Assembly (NCBI GenBank): GCA_043800335.1
Contig: JAZDNC010000049.1
Location: forward strand, 1-63,028
Source: Chloroflexota bacterium
GTDB lineage: Bacteria > Chloroflexota > Dehalococcoidia > Dehalococcoidales > JAZDNC01
DNA: 63,028 nt
Reading direction: 5' to 3'
In this document: positions 7,072-18,483 of the stretch, piece by piece
Layout: each line of letters begins with the position of its first letter
How positions within the stretch are numbered: position 1 is the first letter of the stretch
Program-made: the position numbers and the translations under genes
Notes under the pieces: generated by a model
The model's database searches: none
The model's input: the letters and a program-made list of their open reading frames with translations, nothing else
Told to the model about the DNA's origin: nothing

Positions 7072-8340
7072 ATGTCCCGCTACTATATCTGGACAATCGG
7101 CTGTCAGATGAACGAGTCTGAGTCGGAGCATCTGGCTTCCGCCCTCTCAAAGCTCGGCTACGAAGCCGTTACCTCTGCCGATGAAGCCGATTTGGTTATC
7201 CTGAACACGTGTGTCGTCCGGGAGAGCGCCGAGAATAAGGCGGTCAACAAGCTCCACGCCCTCAGGTCCCTGAAGAAGCGTAACCCGGGGGCGGTTATCG
7301 CCCTCACCGGCTGTATGGTTGACGACAACACCGGCGACCTGAAAAAGAGGTTCCCCCACGTGGATTACTTCCTCAAGCCGGGGGACTACCCGGACTGGCT
7401 CAAGCGAGTCACTAAGGAGGAATCTTTACCCGAAAGCCCCCCCGTCTCAAGCTATGTGCCCATCATCCACGGCTGTAACAACTTCTGTAGCTACTGCATC
7501 GTCCCTTACCGCCGGGGGTGTGAGCGCAGCCGTCCCCCTGAAGAAATCGTCGGTGAGGTGAAAGAGCTGGTCAGACGGGGGACGAGAGAGGCCATCCTGC
7601 TGGGGCAGAATGTTGACGCCTACGGGCACGACCTCGCCGGAAAGCCGGAACTGGCTGACCTTCTCACCGAGGTAAGCAGGGTCGAAGGCTTGCTCAGAGT
7701 CCGCTTCCTCACCAGCCATCCCAGCTACATAAGCCTGCGTTTGACTCAGACCATGAGCCATCTGGATAAGGTCTGTAAACAGCTCAGCCTCCCCATCCAG
7801 TCGGGGAGCGACCGCATCCTGAAAGCGATGGGGCGGGGCTATACGGCTCAGGAATACCGTCAGCTGGTTGGGCACATCAGAAGCTATATGCCCGGTATCG
7901 CCCTTTCCACAGATGTCATCGTCGGCTTCCCCGGCGAGAGCGAGGCGGACTTTGCTGAGACGGTTAAAGCTCTCACCGAGATAAAGTTTGACCAGATACA
8001 TGTCGCCGCCTACTCGCCGCGCCCAGGGACTCTAGCGGCAAGGGAGATGGCGGATGACGTCCCGCCGCAAGTGAAAAAAGCCAGATTGAGCCAGATTGAG
8101 ATGCTGGAGGAGCGTATCGCTACTGAGCTCAACGCCGGCTTGATGGGTAAGACCCTTCCGGTGCTGGTGGAGGGCAGGAAGGGCAACCTCTTTTACGGCA
8201 GGACGGGAAGTGATAAACTGGTGTTCTTTAAGGGCGAATCCAGGGATATCGGGCATCTCTTAGACATCAGAGTTACCCGCACCAGTCCCTGGTCGCTCTC
8301 GGGCGTGAAAGTTGAATCAGAGTTGAACGAAGGAGGCTAA
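7072..8340 (+). CDS. miaB: tRNA-i6A37 methylthiotransferase (radical SAM MTTase)
   Basis: N-terminal TIGCQMNESESE, radical SAM CSYCIVPYRRG, C-terminal TRAM-like domain. Confidence 0.85.
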   Translation: MSRYYIWTIGCQMNESESEHLASALSKLGYEAVTSADEADLVILNTCVVRESAENKAVNKLHALRSLKKRNPGAVIALTGCMVDDNTGDLKKRFPHVDYFLKPGDYPDWLKRVTKEESLPESPPVSSYVPIIHGCNNFCSYCIVPYRRGCERSRPPEEIVGEVKELVRRGTREAILLGQNVDAYGHDLAGKPELADLLTEVSRVEGLLRVRFLTSHPSYISLRLTQTMSHLDKVCKQLSLPIQSGSDRILKAMGRGYTAQEYRQLVGHIRSYMPGIALSTDVIVGFPGESEADFAETVKALTEIKFDQIHVAAYSPRPGTLAAREMADDVPPQVKKARLSQIEMLEERIATELNAGLMGKTLPVLVEGRKGNLFYGRTGSDKLVFFKGESRDIGHLLDIRVTRTSPWSLSGVKVESELNEGG

Positions 8341-8341
8341 G

Positions 8342-8701
8342 TTGCTTAAAGGCAGGTTTCCGGTTTCAGGGTTGGCGGTGTGCTTACTGGGGGTTCTTCT
8401 CCTGGCGGGCTGTGCTCCGGCTACGGGTACCACACCCGGTGGCTTTGACTGGACTTTTCTGGTCACCATGCTCGTTGTTTTTGCCGCCCTTTATTTCCTC
8501 ACCATCCGTCCCCAGCGCCGGCGTCAGAAAGAGCTGGTGAGGATGCAGGGCGACCTCAAGAGGGGTGATAAGGTCATCACCGCCGGCGGCATCTACGGCG
8601 TGGTGGACTCAACCAGCGAGGAAAGCGTTGTCGTCAGGGTGGAGTCCGTGGCACAGCTCAGGATGACGCGGTCAAGCATCGTGATGAAGCGGAAGGACTG
8701 A
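8342..8701 (+). CDS. yajC: Preprotein translocase subunit YajC (with N-terminal extension)
   Basis: IRPQRRRQKE...L.KGDKVITAGGIYG.V core. The N-terminus has a lipobox-like LLLAGC. The start is uncertain. Confidence 0.8.
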   Translation: MLKGRFPVSGLAVCLLGVLLLAGCAPATGTTPGGFDWTFLVTMLVVFAALYFLTIRPQRRRQKELVRMQGDLKRGDKVITAGGIYGVVDSTSEESVVVRVESVAQLRMTRSSIVMKRKD

Positions 8702-8711
8702 CCCCAGCGAC

Positions 8712-10283
8712 TTACTTAATTTTGCTTTTAAAGAGATAAGCCATAAGGATGTCGGTCGGGGCGTAGTCGTCGGTTAAGATGAGGGCTTCCCTGGCTTTAA
8801 GGTAGTCCTCCAGCTTCGCCTCATCGTGGGGGTAGGCATAGGCAATTTCCCCCCCGCTACTCGCAAACTGTCTCAGGTCGGCGAGGTCAATGGCGCGGTC
8901 GGTGGCGGCGATGACAAATGTAGTCCTGCCGACGCCATCCCAGTTACGGCTGGTGCCAAAGAGATAGACGTGCCGGAAGACCTGTTCCAGTGTCTTCACG
9001 AAAGAGGGCATGTACCTGCCTTCGCTATAGTTGTCAACGATGTTGACCAGATAGATGCCGTTATCCTCCAGGGTTGCCTTGACCAGACGGTCAAACTCCA
9101 GAGTGGTCAGATGGTAAGGGGTAGCCAGGTCGTTGAAGACGTCACCGATTATATAGTTATACTTATACCCTCCCTCACGCTCAATCAGGAATAGCCGGGC
9201 ATCCTCATTGTAGGTTCTGACGCTCGTGTCAAGTGGGAGTCCCAGCTCAGCGTGGGCGACCTCTGTCACCAGCGGGTCAATCTCGGCGACATCGTTAATG
9301 CTCCCGGGGTAAACTGTCTCCATGAAGCGGGGGAAGGAGTACCCCCCGCCGCCGAGATGGAGAAGTCGGGGGACGCGATTTTCTCCGGCGGTGTAGCTTA
9401 CAATTTCGGTGAAGATTTTGAGATATTCGTACTGGAGCCTAGTCGGGTCGTCGGGCAACACGTAGCTGTGAACCAGACAGTCCAGAGCAAGCACCTTGAT
9501 CCCTCCCGCCTCATCCCAGACGCCGATGGTGTAGTAGTTGGACTCCCTCGTATGACTCGCAGTACTACCCGCTTTTAATGGAGAGAAGATGGCGGTAAAA
9601 ATGGCTAAGACAACCGCCGCCCATATCACGATATTTCTCAAGGAGAGGCGCCACCGGTCCGGAATCTTGAAAAGAAACCAGGCAAGCACGGCAGTCAGGA
9701 GTAAGGCAACCGCCACCAGCCTGACCGTCATTCGGGTGCCGAACCAGAGGATGAAGTAGAAGCCGGTCATAAAGGTGCCGAGGATGGAGCCGACGGTAGA
9801 GCAGGCGTACACCGACCCCACGATGCTTCCGGTCTGACCGATTTCCGCCAGAGCCAGCTTGATGACAAGGGGCGACACCATGCTGAGGATAACGGCGGGC
9901 AGAAGAAAGATAAGTGAGGTCTTCAGAATGAAATTCGCCATCAAGGGTAGGCCGTTGAACCAGCCCCTGGCGATAACAAAGCCGAGGGCGGGCACGATAG
10001 CTATGGTCGCCCAGCTTCCGGCTAACATTATGATGACCAGAGCCAGGGGGTAGGGATATCTGTCGGCGAGCTTGCCGCCCAGGTAGTTACCCAGCGCTAT
10101 CCCTGCCAGGATTACCCCGATGATGCTGGTCCAGGTGTAGAGCGAGACACCGATGTAAGGCGCAAGGATTCTCGAGGCGATGAGCTCTATCACCATGACG
10201 CAGAAGCTATTGATGAAGACAATAGCCATTGATTTCCAGAGGGTAATCGCACGGTTCACGCTAGCCTCGCTAAACGCTACCAA
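8712..10283 (-). CDS. Fused membrane (MFS-like) / spermidine synthase-like protein
   Basis: About 7 TM helices at the N-terminus, then a SAM-fold region with LHLGGGGYSFPR and IIGDVFND. Confidence 0.75.
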   Translation of the reverse strand: MVAFSEASVNRAITLWKSMAIVFINSFCVMVIELIASRILAPYIGVSLYTWTSIIGVILAGIALGNYLGGKLADRYPYPLALVIIMLAGSWATIAIVPALGFVIARGWFNGLPLMANFILKTSLIFLLPAVILSMVSPLVIKLALAEIGQTGSIVGSVYACSTVGSILGTFMTGFYFILWFGTRMTVRLVAVALLLTAVLAWFLFKIPDRWRLSLRNIVIWAAVVLAIFTAIFSPLKAGSTASHTRESNYYTIGVWDEAGGIKVLALDCLVHSYVLPDDPTRLQYEYLKIFTEIVSYTAGENRVPRLLHLGGGGYSFPRFMETVYPGSINDVAEIDPLVTEVAHAELGLPLDTSVRTYNEDARLFLIEREGGYKYNYIIGDVFNDLATPYHLTTLEFDRLVKATLEDNGIYLVNIVDNYSEGRYMPSFVKTLEQVFRHVYLFGTSRNWDGVGRTTFVIAATDRAIDLADLRQFASSGGEIAYAYPHDEAKLEDYLKAREALILTDDYAPTDILMAYLFKSKIK

Positions 10284-10291
10284 AGCACCGG

Positions 10292-11275
10292 CTAAAGCTC
10301 TTTGACTGAGTAGGTTATCTCCCTCTCGCCTATCTCCTGCTTTACTTTGCCCTCAGACTCAAGATACTTCAGGTGGGCGATAGTCTCGCCGGTGGCGAAC
10401 ATCTTCTGCCAGACCGGCACTGCTTCCCAGGTATCGTACCTGAGGTCCCAGGTCATTTGAGAAGCCACCTGATAGGCGGTCTGTCTGCCTCTTCCCAGGA
10501 TAGAGAAGGCTTCGCCAGCCCTGACCTCATGATGGCGCTTAAGCTCCCCGATGCGCTCCCTCATGTTGGTGAAGACGTTGCGGTGTCCGGGGAGAACCAG
10601 CGACACATCGAGTCTGGAGACCTTATCCAGGCTGGCGAGATAATCAGCCAGAGGGTTATCCTCGGCAGACCAGGAGGAGACATTGGGTGAGATATCTGCC
10701 AATATGTGGTCGCCGGAGAGAAAAAGCTTCCTTTCTGGCTCGTAGAGGCACATATGCCCCTTGGTGTGCCCCGGCGTCTCAATAGCGAGAAAGTGGTAGT
10801 CGCCAAAGTCAATCACATCACCCTGCTTGAGGAACTGGAAGCTGTGGTTGGTTCGCTCCCACAGACCAAAAATAGGGTGGTTATTAACGGTGCGTAGCTC
10901 GTCGCCAGGAAAGCCGTTGCGGGCGCCGGCGCTCACCCGTCTCTCCCAGCTCTGGGCGACGTCGAGGTTGCGGTTCAGTAAATCGAAATCAGCCCGGCTG
11001 AAGTAGACGACTGAATTCTGTGTAACCAGTTTAGGCAGGAGACCAGTGTGGTCGGGGTGCATGTGGGTGATAAAGAAGTCAGTTTGGCTCAGGTCAACCC
11101 CCAGTGATTTGAGTCCGGCGAGCACGTTGTCGCGGCACTCGTCCAGATTTATGCCGGTATCCACCATGAGGGCTCTCGTGCCGTTTTTGACGATGTAAAT
11201 ATTTATGTTGCGTAGCGGACTGCTCGAGAAGGGAACCTGAATCTGATAAAGACCGGGCATGATTTCCTGAATCAT
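10292..11275 (-). CDS. MBL-fold metallo-hydrolase
   Basis: [10 protein letters not shown] motif, later HTKGH and PGH. Confidence 0.8.
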   Translation of the reverse strand: MIQEIMPGLYQIQVPFSSSPLRNINIYIVKNGTRALMVDTGINLDECRDNVLAGLKSLGVDLSQTDFFITHMHPDHTGLLPKLVTQNSVVYFSRADFDLLNRNLDVAQSWERRVSAGARNGFPGDELRTVNNHPIFGLWERTNHSFQFLKQGDVIDFGDYHFLAIETPGHTKGHMCLYEPERKLFLSGDHILADISPNVSSWSAEDNPLADYLASLDKVSRLDVSLVLPGHRNVFTNMRERIGELKRHHEVRAGEAFSILGRGRQTAYQVASQMTWDLRYDTWEAVPVWQKMFATGETIAHLKYLESEGKVKQEIGEREITYSVKEL

Positions 11276-11751
11276 CGTTCTGGAGCCTCTATTTTAGCGT
11301 TCTTAGCTTTCTCTTTGCTATCAAGCATGATGGTCACCGGGCCATCGTTATGTATTTCAACATCCATGAGGACTTGAAAACGCCCGGTCGCTACCCTGAG
11401 TCCGGTAGTCGCTATTGCAGTGACGAACTCATTAAAGAGCCTCTGTGCTTCTTCCGGAGGGGCGGCATCGGGGAAGCTGGGGCGTCTCCCCTTTCTGGCA
11501 TCGGCAAGAAGAGTGAACTGGCTCACCAGGAGAAGCTCGCCCTTAACATCCAGGGCCGAGAGATTGAACTTGCCCGCCGCATCGGGAAAGATGCGAAGCT
11601 CTGCGGTCTTCTGAGCCAGGTATCTCGCATCCTCTTCGGTATCGCTACCGGCAACTCCAACCAGCACCACGAGCCCCCGCCCGATGCTGCCCACCACCCC
11701 GCCATCAACCCTGACCGACGCTTGGCTTACCCGCTGCAAGAGAACCTTCAC
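11272..11751 (-). CDS. dtd: D-aminoacyl-tRNA deacylase
   Basis: [29 protein letters not shown] and SQFTL motifs. Confidence 0.88.
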   Translation of the reverse strand: MKVLLQRVSQASVRVDGGVVGSIGRGLVVLVGVAGSDTEEDARYLAQKTAELRIFPDAAGKFNLSALDVKGELLLVSQFTLLADARKGRRPSFPDAAPPEEAQRLFNEFVTAIATTGLRVATGRFQVLMDVEIHNDGPVTIMLDSKEKAKNAKIEAPER

Positions 11752-12002
11752 TTTGCCTTGTCCTGAGGAGTCTTCTCGGTGCTCACTGGCGGGCTCTTCT
11801 TGCTATCCTCAATATCTCGGGGACGGTGGTCGGTGACATAGAAACCGCTTCCCTTAAAAATGACCGGAGCCGGCTGAAAGACCCTTCGGACTTTCCCCTG
11901 GCAGTGGGGGCAGGCGTTAGCCGGGGATTCCGTAAAGCCCTGCTTCAGCTCAAAATGAACGCCGCAGCAGAGGCATTCATATTCGTAAATTGGCATTCCC
12001 AC
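11748..12002 (-). CDS. FmdB-family zinc-ribbon protein
   Basis: [16 protein letters not shown]...CPHCQG. Confidence 0.8.
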   Translation of the reverse strand: MGMPIYEYECLCCGVHFELKQGFTESPANACPHCQGKVRRVFQPAPVIFKGSGFYVTDHRPRDIEDSKKSPPVSTEKTPQDKAK

Positions 12003-12113
12003 CTCACCTTACTCAATAAACAAACATTATATACCAATTGGTTAATTCAAGACAACGCCCAGTCCCAGAACTGGACGGAAGTCTGTCTGTGGCGGAAAAT
12101 ATCTGAGAAGGGG

Positions 12114-12138
12114 GCTCGCTTGCTAAGCTCGCAATGAC
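12114..12138. repeat. Unit-A repeat copy (inverted orientation)
   Basis: gctcgcttgctaagctcgcaatgac. Confidence 0.65.
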
Positions 12139-12262
12139 AATGCAAGTTCAGCCAGCAGGCTTGGATGTGCGGTATCGGTGTTGACAGTGAATTGCGTTTG
12201 TGCTAACCTTTTAATTCGTCATTTAGCACTGGATTCGGGGCAAGTCAAAAGCCAACTACAGA

Positions 12263-12291
12263 TTGAAGTTTTAGCTTTAGTTTTGTATAAT
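12263..12291 (+). promoter_or_regulatory. Promoter candidate for the rpsL operon
   Basis: TTGAAG (12263-12268), 17 nt, TATAAT (12286-12291). Confidence 0.55.
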
Positions 12292-12346
12292 GGCTTAATG
12301 GATGAGCATCAACTCATCCATTAAAATTGTGTCCGCAGGAGGTAGC

Positions 12347-12784
12347 GTGCCCACAATTAATCAACTCGTGCGTAAAGGGCGCAGGGACATCACCAGAAGG
12401 ACCAAGTCGCCGGCTCTGCATTACATCTTTAACGCCTTGAAGGGTCGGCAGGAGCCCGTCAAAGGCTCACCCCAGAAGCGGGGTGTCTGCCTTCAGGTGA
12501 GGACAATGACGCCCAAGAAGCCAAACTCGGGCTTGCGCAAGATAGCCAGGGTGCGTCTCTCCAACGGTATGGAGGTGACCGCCTATATCCCCGGTGAAGG
12601 GCATGAGCTTCAGGAACACTCGGTGGTGCTCATCCGGGGTGGGCGCGTGCCTGATTTGCCCGGGGTGCGCTACCATATAATCCGCGGAGCACTGGACGCC
12701 AGTGGGGTGGGTAGCCGTAAACAGGGGCGCAGTAAATATGGCACCAAGCGGGCGAAAGCCACCGCTGAGGGTGCCACTGCCTAG
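12347..12784 (+). CDS. rpsL: 30S ribosomal protein S12
   Basis: GTG start after [19 protein letters not shown]-terminus. Confidence 0.95.
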   Translation: MPTINQLVRKGRRDITRRTKSPALHYIFNALKGRQEPVKGSPQKRGVCLQVRTMTPKKPNSGLRKIARVRLSNGMEVTAYIPGEGHELQEHSVVLIRGGRVPDLPGVRYHIIRGALDASGVGSRKQGRSKYGTKRAKATAEGATA

Positions 12785-12794
12785 GGGGTTATAG

Positions 12795-13265
12795 ATGCCC
12801 AGGAGAGCAAGGGTAACCGGTAGAGAGACCGTAGCCGACGCCAAGTACCAGAGCGCTACTGTCACCAGATTCATCAATAAGATGATGAGGGGGGGCAAGA
12901 AAAGCCTGGCTGAGGATATCGTCTACTCAGCAATGGAGCTGGTGGAACAGCAGGAGTCCAAGGCGGCGGTGGGTGTGCTGGAGCAGGCGCTCCGGAATGC
13001 GGCACCGGTGCTTGAGGTTAAACCCCGCCGTGTGGGTGGCGCCACCTATCAGGTGCCCGTAGAGATTAAACCCGACCGCTCCATGACCCTCGCCATGCGC
13101 TGGGTGATAAGAGCCGCCCGGGAGAGACCGGGAAAATCAATGGTCGAGAAGCTGGCGGCAGAGCTTTCGGGTGCCGCCAAGGGGGAAGGCGCTGCGGTCA
13201 AGCGCCGCGAAGAGACACATAAGATGGCGGAGGCAAACCGCGCCTTTGCCCATTTCAGGTGGTAG
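12795..13265 (+). CDS. rpsG: 30S ribosomal protein S7
   Basis: MPRRARV..., EVKPRRVGGATYQVP. Confidence 0.95.
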   Translation: MPRRARVTGRETVADAKYQSATVTRFINKMMRGGKKSLAEDIVYSAMELVEQQESKAAVGVLEQALRNAAPVLEVKPRRVGGATYQVPVEIKPDRSMTLAMRWVIRAARERPGKSMVEKLAAELSGAAKGEGAAVKRREETHKMAEANRAFAHFRW

Positions 13266-13307
13266 GGGATTACGATTAATAACCTGAATCTTGTTGAGAA
13301 AAAACAG

Positions 13308-15410
13308 ATGGCGACTGGTAATGGCTTGGGCCGTTTCCCGCTGGAGATGGTGCGCAACATTGGCATCATCGCGCACATCCACGCCGGTAAGACCACGACC
13401 ACGGAGAGGATACTTTTCTACACCGGGCGCACCTATAAGATTGGTGACGTGGACGAGGGCACCTCCATCATGAACTTCATGGAGCAGGAGAGGGCGCGCG
13501 GTATCACCATCAAGGCGGCGGCTACCACCTGCTACTGGCAGGAGCACCGCATCAATATTATTGATACACCGGGACATGTTGACTTCACCGCCGAGGTGGA
13601 GCGGAGTCTCAGGGTCCTGGACGGCGGGGTGGTGGTCTTTGACGCCGTTTCCGGGGTCGAAGCCCAGTCAGAGACTGTCTGGCGGCAGGCAGTCCGCTAT
13701 CAGGTGCCCCGCATCTGCTTCATCAACAAGCTGGATAGACCCGGCTCCAGCTACTCCAAGACCCTCGCCATGATTGAAGACAGGCTCAAGGCGAAAGCCC
13801 TGCCGGTCTATATCCCCCTCGGTAGCGAGGAGACTTTCAAGGGCATCATTGACCTGGTTGAAAACAAAGCCTGGACCTTCTCGGGAGAACCGGGAGTGGC
13901 GCCAGAAGAGATTCCTATCCCGGAAGAGGAGAAAACGAGCGTCGCCGAATACCGTAAGAAACTGGTTGAGCGGCTGGCTGAAGAAGACGATGAGATAATG
14001 ACCGCCTATTTCGCTGAGGCGGCTATCCCCCCTGCCACGCTCAAAGCCGCCCTGAGGCGGGTGACACTGGCTAACCAAGCCGTGCCTATTCTCTGCGGGG
14101 CTTCCTTTCGCAATATCGGGATGGAGCACCTTATGGACGCTATTATCAACTACCTCCCCTCACCGGTGGACATGCCCCCGGTCAAGGGGGTCAATCCCGA
14201 GACCGGTTCCGAAGTAAGCCGCCAAACTAGCGACGATGAGCCTTTCACTGCTCTCGCCTTCAAGGTGGTCTCTGACCCCTTCGTGGGCAGGCTGGTCTAC
14301 CTCAGAGTTTATTCGGGTTCGGTTGAAGTTGGTTCACCGGTCTATAACGTCGCCCGCGACCAGAAAGAGCGCATCGGGCGTCTTCTCCGCATGCACGCCA
14401 ACCACCGCGAGGAGATAGCCCGCGTCGAAACCGGCGACATTATCGCCACACTCGGGCTCAAGAACACCTTTACCGGCGATACCCTCTGTCAGCAGGACTC
14501 ACCCCTCCTCCTTGAAGCCATCAGCTTCCCCGACCCGGTGGTCTCCATCGCCATTGAGCCTAAAAGCCGTGATGACCAGGACCGGCTGGTTGAGGCACTC
14601 CGGCGGCTGGCGGAGGAAGACCCGACCTTCAAGGTGAACTATAATGAGGAGACGGGACAGACCATAATCTCCGGGATGGGAGAGCTCCATCTCGAGGTTG
14701 TCGTCTCACGTCTTGTCAGTGACTTCAAGGTGTCGGCCAAGGTCGGCAAGCCCAGGGTCGCCTACCGTGAGACCATCACCCAGACGGTGAAGGCTGAGGG
14801 CAGATTTGTCCGGCAGAGCGGCGGGCACGGCCAGTACGGGCATGTTCTTGTTGAACTCGCGCCTTTGCCCGCGGGTAAGGGCTTTGTCTTTGAGGACAAG
14901 CTCCGCGGGGGCACCATCCCCCGGCAGTTTATCGCGCCGGTGGAAGCAGGCTTGAAAGAAGCCATGCAGTCCGGGGTGCTAGCCGGCTATCCTCTGGTTG
15001 ATATCAAGGCGTCACTTTATGACGGTAGCTACCACGAGGTTGACTCATCGGATATAGCTTTTAAAATGGCAGGGGCTTTGGCTCTCCGCAACGGGGCGCC
15101 CAAGGCGAGTCCGGTGCTCCTTGAGCCGATGATGAAGATAGAGATTGTAACGCCCAAGGACTTTCTGGGTGACGTCATCAGTGACCTGAGCGCTCGCCGC
15201 GGACAGATTGAGGTCGTGGTGACTGGTGGTGATGTAAGCTCGATTCACGGGCTGGTGCCGCTGGCGGAGGCGTTCGGCTACGCCACCACTCTCCGTTCCA
15301 TAACCCAGGGGCGTGGCACCTACACCATGGAGTTTGCCCGCTACGAGCGATTACCCGAGGCTTTAGCCGAGGATATTATAAAAAAGACAAAAGGTGGAGT
15401 TCATGCCTAA
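13308..15410 (+). CDS. fusA: Elongation factor G
   Basis: [25 protein letters not shown]. 700 aa. Confidence 0.95.
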   Translation: MATGNGLGRFPLEMVRNIGIIAHIHAGKTTTTERILFYTGRTYKIGDVDEGTSIMNFMEQERARGITIKAAATTCYWQEHRINIIDTPGHVDFTAEVERSLRVLDGGVVVFDAVSGVEAQSETVWRQAVRYQVPRICFINKLDRPGSSYSKTLAMIEDRLKAKALPVYIPLGSEETFKGIIDLVENKAWTFSGEPGVAPEEIPIPEEEKTSVAEYRKKLVERLAEEDDEIMTAYFAEAAIPPATLKAALRRVTLANQAVPILCGASFRNIGMEHLMDAIINYLPSPVDMPPVKGVNPETGSEVSRQTSDDEPFTALAFKVVSDPFVGRLVYLRVYSGSVEVGSPVYNVARDQKERIGRLLRMHANHREEIARVETGDIIATLGLKNTFTGDTLCQQDSPLLLEAISFPDPVVSIAIEPKSRDDQDRLVEALRRLAEEDPTFKVNYNEETGQTIISGMGELHLEVVVSRLVSDFKVSAKVGKPRVAYRETITQTVKAEGRFVRQSGGHGQYGHVLVELAPLPAGKGFVFEDKLRGGTIPRQFIAPVEAGLKEAMQSGVLAGYPLVDIKASLYDGSYHEVDSSDIAFKMAGALALRNGAPKASPVLLEPMMKIEIVTPKDFLGDVISDLSARRGQIEVVVTGGDVSSIHGLVPLAEAFGYATTLRSITQGRGTYTMEFARYERLPEALAEDIIKKTKGGVHA

Positions 15411-15711
15411 GCAGAAGATTCGCATCAAACTCAAGGGCTACGACCACAAGCTCCTCGACCAGTCGGCGGAGCAGATTGTGGCGGCGGTGGAGCGCACCGG
15501 GGCGGTGGTCTCAGGCCCCATCCCCCTGCCCACCCACATCCAGAAGTTCAGCGTCATCCGCTCCACCTTTATTGATAAGGACTCTCAGGAGCAGTTTGAA
15601 ATCCGGACTCACATGCGGCTGATTGACATCGTGGAGTCGACCTCCAAGACGATAGACGCATTAACCTCGCTGAGCCTACCATCAGGAGTCAACATTGATA
15701 TTAAGCTGTAA
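15403..15711 (+). CDS. rpsJ: 30S ribosomal protein S10
   Basis: [20 protein letters not shown] 15403 overlaps the fusA stop by 8 nt. Confidence 0.93.
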   Translation: MPKQKIRIKLKGYDHKLLDQSAEQIVAAVERTGAVVSGPIPLPTHIQKFSVIRSTFIDKDSQEQFEIRTHMRLIDIVESTSKTIDALTSLSLPSGVNIDIKL

Positions 15712-15717
15712 AGGTTA

Positions 15718-16341
15718 GTGACTATGATTCAGGGCATTATCGGACGCAAGCTGGGCATGACCCAGGTCTTTCGCAGTAACGGCGATGTCGCCGCGGTAAC
15801 CGCCATCGAGGCTGGCCCCTGCGCCGTGATTCAGGTGAAGACGGCGGCTAAAGACGGCTATGACGCAGTTCAGCTAGGCTTTGGCAAAGCCAAGAGGCTC
15901 AGCTCCCCGGAGAAGGGTCACCTGGGCAAGTCCGGGGAGTTCCGTCATCTCAGAGAGATAAGGGTCGCCGGGGAAGAGACCGCCAGCCTGGGGACCAAGG
16001 TTGATGTCAGCATCTTTAAGGCAGGAGACCGGGTTGATATTGTGGGCGCCACCAAGGGCAAGGGTTTTGCCGGCGTGGTCAAACGCTATCACTTCGCCGG
16101 TGGGCCCAAGACACGGGGCCAGTCCGACCGCACCCGCGCCCCGGGCACAATCGGTAACCTGCCCGGGCACGTCTCACCGGGGATGCGCATGGCGGGACAC
16201 ATGGGGACGGGTCAGGCTACGGCACAAAACATCGAGGTCGTCTCCAGCGACCCGGAGCGAAACCTCCTTCTCCTCAAGGGCGCGGTGCCCGGTGCGACCA
16301 ACGGGATAGTCGTGATTAAGAAATCAGGCAAGGGGAAATAG
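15718..16341 (+). CDS. rplC: 50S ribosomal protein L3
   Basis: GIIGRKLGMTQVF. Alternative start at ATG 15724. Confidence 0.93.
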   Translation: MTMIQGIIGRKLGMTQVFRSNGDVAAVTAIEAGPCAVIQVKTAAKDGYDAVQLGFGKAKRLSSPEKGHLGKSGEFRHLREIRVAGEETASLGTKVDVSIFKAGDRVDIVGATKGKGFAGVVKRYHFAGGPKTRGQSDRTRAPGTIGNLPGHVSPGMRMAGHMGTGQATAQNIEVVSSDPERNLLLLKGAVPGATNGIVVIKKSGKGK

Positions 16342-16343
16342 AC

Positions 16344-16976
16344 GTGGAAATTCCGGTCTACAATCTTGCTGGAGAAGTCGTCCGGCAAATAAGAGTGAGT
16401 GACGATGTCTTTGCCGTGCCTTTCAATGAGGCGGTGGTGCATCAGGCGGTGGTGAGACAGCAGGCTAATTCGCGTCAGGGGACCGCTTCGACCAAGACCC
16501 GTGCCGAGGTAGCGGGTAGCGGCAGGAAACTCTACCGGCAAAAGCACACTGGTGAATCTCGTGCCGGTGACATCCGCTCGCCCCTGCGCCGTCACGGCGG
16601 TATCACCTTCGGCCCGAAGCCGAGAGACTACCGCCAGGAGATGCCCCGGGAGATGCGCCGGCTGGCGATAAGGTGCGCCCTGTCGGACAAGGCGGGTAGC
16701 GGTGACCTTTTGGTTCTGGAGGCTCTTGACTTCGCTGCTCCCAGGACCAAGGAGATGGTTGGCATCCTGAATGCCCTCAAGATTGAGGGCTCTACCCTGA
16801 TTGCGACCGAAGAGCGCAGAGAGAACGTGATTAAGTCGGCGAGAAATCTGCCCGGGATTAGGGTGGCTCTGGCCAATCTGCTCAGCGTCCTGGACATAAT
16901 GTCCTGCAAGAAGCTTCTTATGACCGAGGCGGGAGTCAGGAAGATTGAGTCCCTCTGGGGCAGGAAGGCGGCTTAA
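16344..16976 (+). CDS. rplD: 50S ribosomal protein L4
   Basis: Position in the S10 operon; QGTASTKTRAEV.GSGRK. Confidence 0.93.
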   Translation: MEIPVYNLAGEVVRQIRVSDDVFAVPFNEAVVHQAVVRQQANSRQGTASTKTRAEVAGSGRKLYRQKHTGESRAGDIRSPLRRHGGITFGPKPRDYRQEMPREMRRLAIRCALSDKAGSGDLLVLEALDFAAPRTKEMVGILNALKIEGSTLIATEERRENVIKSARNLPGIRVALANLLSVLDIMSCKKLLMTEAGVRKIESLWGRKAA

Positions 16977-16982
16977 GTAGGC

Positions 16983-17267
16983 ATGGACCTTTTTGAGATT
17001 TTGCGGAAACCGCTGGTTACGGAGAAGAACAGTGCTCTCCAGGCACAGGGTAAGTATGTTTTTGAGGTAGCGAGCGGGGCCAATAAAGCCCAGATTAAAG
17101 AGGCGGTGCAGAAGGCTTTCAAGGTGCGAGTCACTGCGGTCAATGTGATTACCGTGCAGGGCGAGAGGCGTCGCACCGGGCGGCGGGAGATAGCCGGCCC
17201 GCCGGGGAAAAAGGCGATAGTAACCCTGGCACCCGGTAACAAGATAGAAATCTTCGAGGGTGTCTAG
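16983..17267 (+). CDS. rplW: 50S ribosomal protein L23
   Basis: [13 protein letters not shown]...[10 protein letters not shown]. Confidence 0.93.
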   Translation: MDLFEILRKPLVTEKNSALQAQGKYVFEVASGANKAQIKEAVQKAFKVRVTAVNVITVQGERRRTGRREIAGPPGKKAIVTLAPGNKIEIFEGV

Positions 17268-17281
17268 AGGGGGGACGTTCG

Positions 17282-18109
17282 ATGGGATTAAAAGTCTATA
17301 GACCAACCTCTCCGGCGAGGCGGGGAGTGATTGCCCCAGACTTTGCCGAGATTACCAAAGAAGAGCCGGAAAAGACACTCGTTTTCTTCGCCAGAAGACA
17401 GGCCGGGCGTAATAACCGGGGCATTGTCACCTGCCGCCACCGGGGTGGCGGGGCGAGGAGATTTGTCCGTATCATTGATTTCAAACGGGACAAGATAGGC
17501 GTCCCCGGGCGCGTTGCGGCGGTTGAGTATGACCCGGGCCGCTCTGCCAGGCTGGCCCTAATCTTCTATGCCGACGGCGAGAAGCGCTACATCCTGGCCC
17601 CCGACGCAGTTAAAGTCGGCGATGTCATAAGGTCAGGAGAAGGTGCCGAAATCAAGCCGGGCAACACCATGCCCATGAAGCTCATGCCTTCAGGCACCAT
17701 GATTCATAACATTGAGATTATTAAAGGACGGGGCGGACAGCTCGTCAGGAGCGCCGGGACAACGGCCCAGCTTATGGGCAGGGAAGGGGACAATGCCCTG
17801 ATAAGACTCCCCTCGGGTGAGATGCGCCGCGTCCCGGGTGACTGCATGGCCACCATCGGGCAACTCGGTAACGCCGAGCACAAGAACATTAAGCTGGGCA
17901 AGGCGGGGAAGAAGCGCTTTATGGGTTTCCGTCCCACGGTACGTGGCGGCGCCATGAGCCCCCGCGACCATCCCCACGGTGGCGGTTCTGCCCGGTGCCC
18001 GATCGGGCTTCCCGGGCCCAAAACACCCTGGGGCAAACCGGCCAGGGGAGTTAAGACCCGCCGCAGAAAGGTCTCGAATAACATGATTGTCAACAGGCGA
18101 GGTAAATAG
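17282..18109 (+). CDS. rplB: 50S ribosomal protein L2
   Basis: [22 protein letters not shown]. Confidence 0.95.
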   Translation: MGLKVYRPTSPARRGVIAPDFAEITKEEPEKTLVFFARRQAGRNNRGIVTCRHRGGGARRFVRIIDFKRDKIGVPGRVAAVEYDPGRSARLALIFYADGEKRYILAPDAVKVGDVIRSGEGAEIKPGNTMPMKLMPSGTMIHNIEIIKGRGGQLVRSAGTTAQLMGREGDNALIRLPSGEMRRVPGDCMATIGQLGNAEHKNIKLGKAGKKRFMGFRPTVRGGAMSPRDHPHGGGSARCPIGLPGPKTPWGKPARGVKTRRRKVSNNMIVNRRGK

Positions 18110-18110
18110 C

Positions 18111-18467
18111 ATGTCAAGGTCGACGAAGAAAGGCCCAGCAGTTGACCCGAAGCTGGTCAAGAAAGCAGATGCCGCAATCCGCTCCGGCCAGAAGACGGTG
18201 ATTCGGACCTGGTCACGCGCCTGCACCATTATACCGAGCATGGTCGGACTTACCTTCGGGGTGCATGACGGGAGAAGGCACGTACCCATCTATATCACGG
18301 AGCAGATGGTGGGACACCGCCTGGGTGAGTTCGCGCTGACACGCATCTTCCGCGGGCATGGCACCAAGGTGGAGAAGGTTGCCGCGGCTCAGCCGGTGGC
18401 TCCTGCGCCAGGACAGTCCCAGCTGGCGGCTACCCCAGCGTCAGCGAAGGCGGAGCCTAGCGCTTAG
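18111..18467 (+). CDS. rpsS: 30S ribosomal protein S19 (with Ala/Pro-rich C-terminal tail)
   Basis: [12 protein letters not shown] start at ATG 18111. Core [19 protein letters not shown]. About 30-aa low-complexity tail. Confidence 0.93.
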   Translation: MSRSTKKGPAVDPKLVKKADAAIRSGQKTVIRTWSRACTIIPSMVGLTFGVHDGRRHVPIYITEQMVGHRLGEFALTRIFRGHGTKVEKVAAAQPVAPAPGQSQLAATPASAKAEPSA

Positions 18468-18483
18468 AGGTTAGGATATAGAT

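Noticed and set aside
7447-8001. 184-aa minus-strand ORF. The same class includes 17690-18289, 38620-39204, 41522-42133, 35310-35807, 34051-34566 and 58818-59327.
   Set aside because: All lie antisense or out of frame within confidently identified genes (miaB, rplB/rpsS, mtnP, GNAT/HEAT, ahcY, metK, IDH-like) and have no recognisable motifs.
16212-17306. 364-aa ORF on the minus strand, the longest non-annotated ORF in the ribosomal cluster
   Set aside because: It is entirely antisense to rplC, rplD, rplW and rplB, all of which have unmistakable ribosomal-protein sequences. Its Arg/Leu/Pro/Gly-rich composition is typical of shadow ORFs in GC-rich coding DNA.
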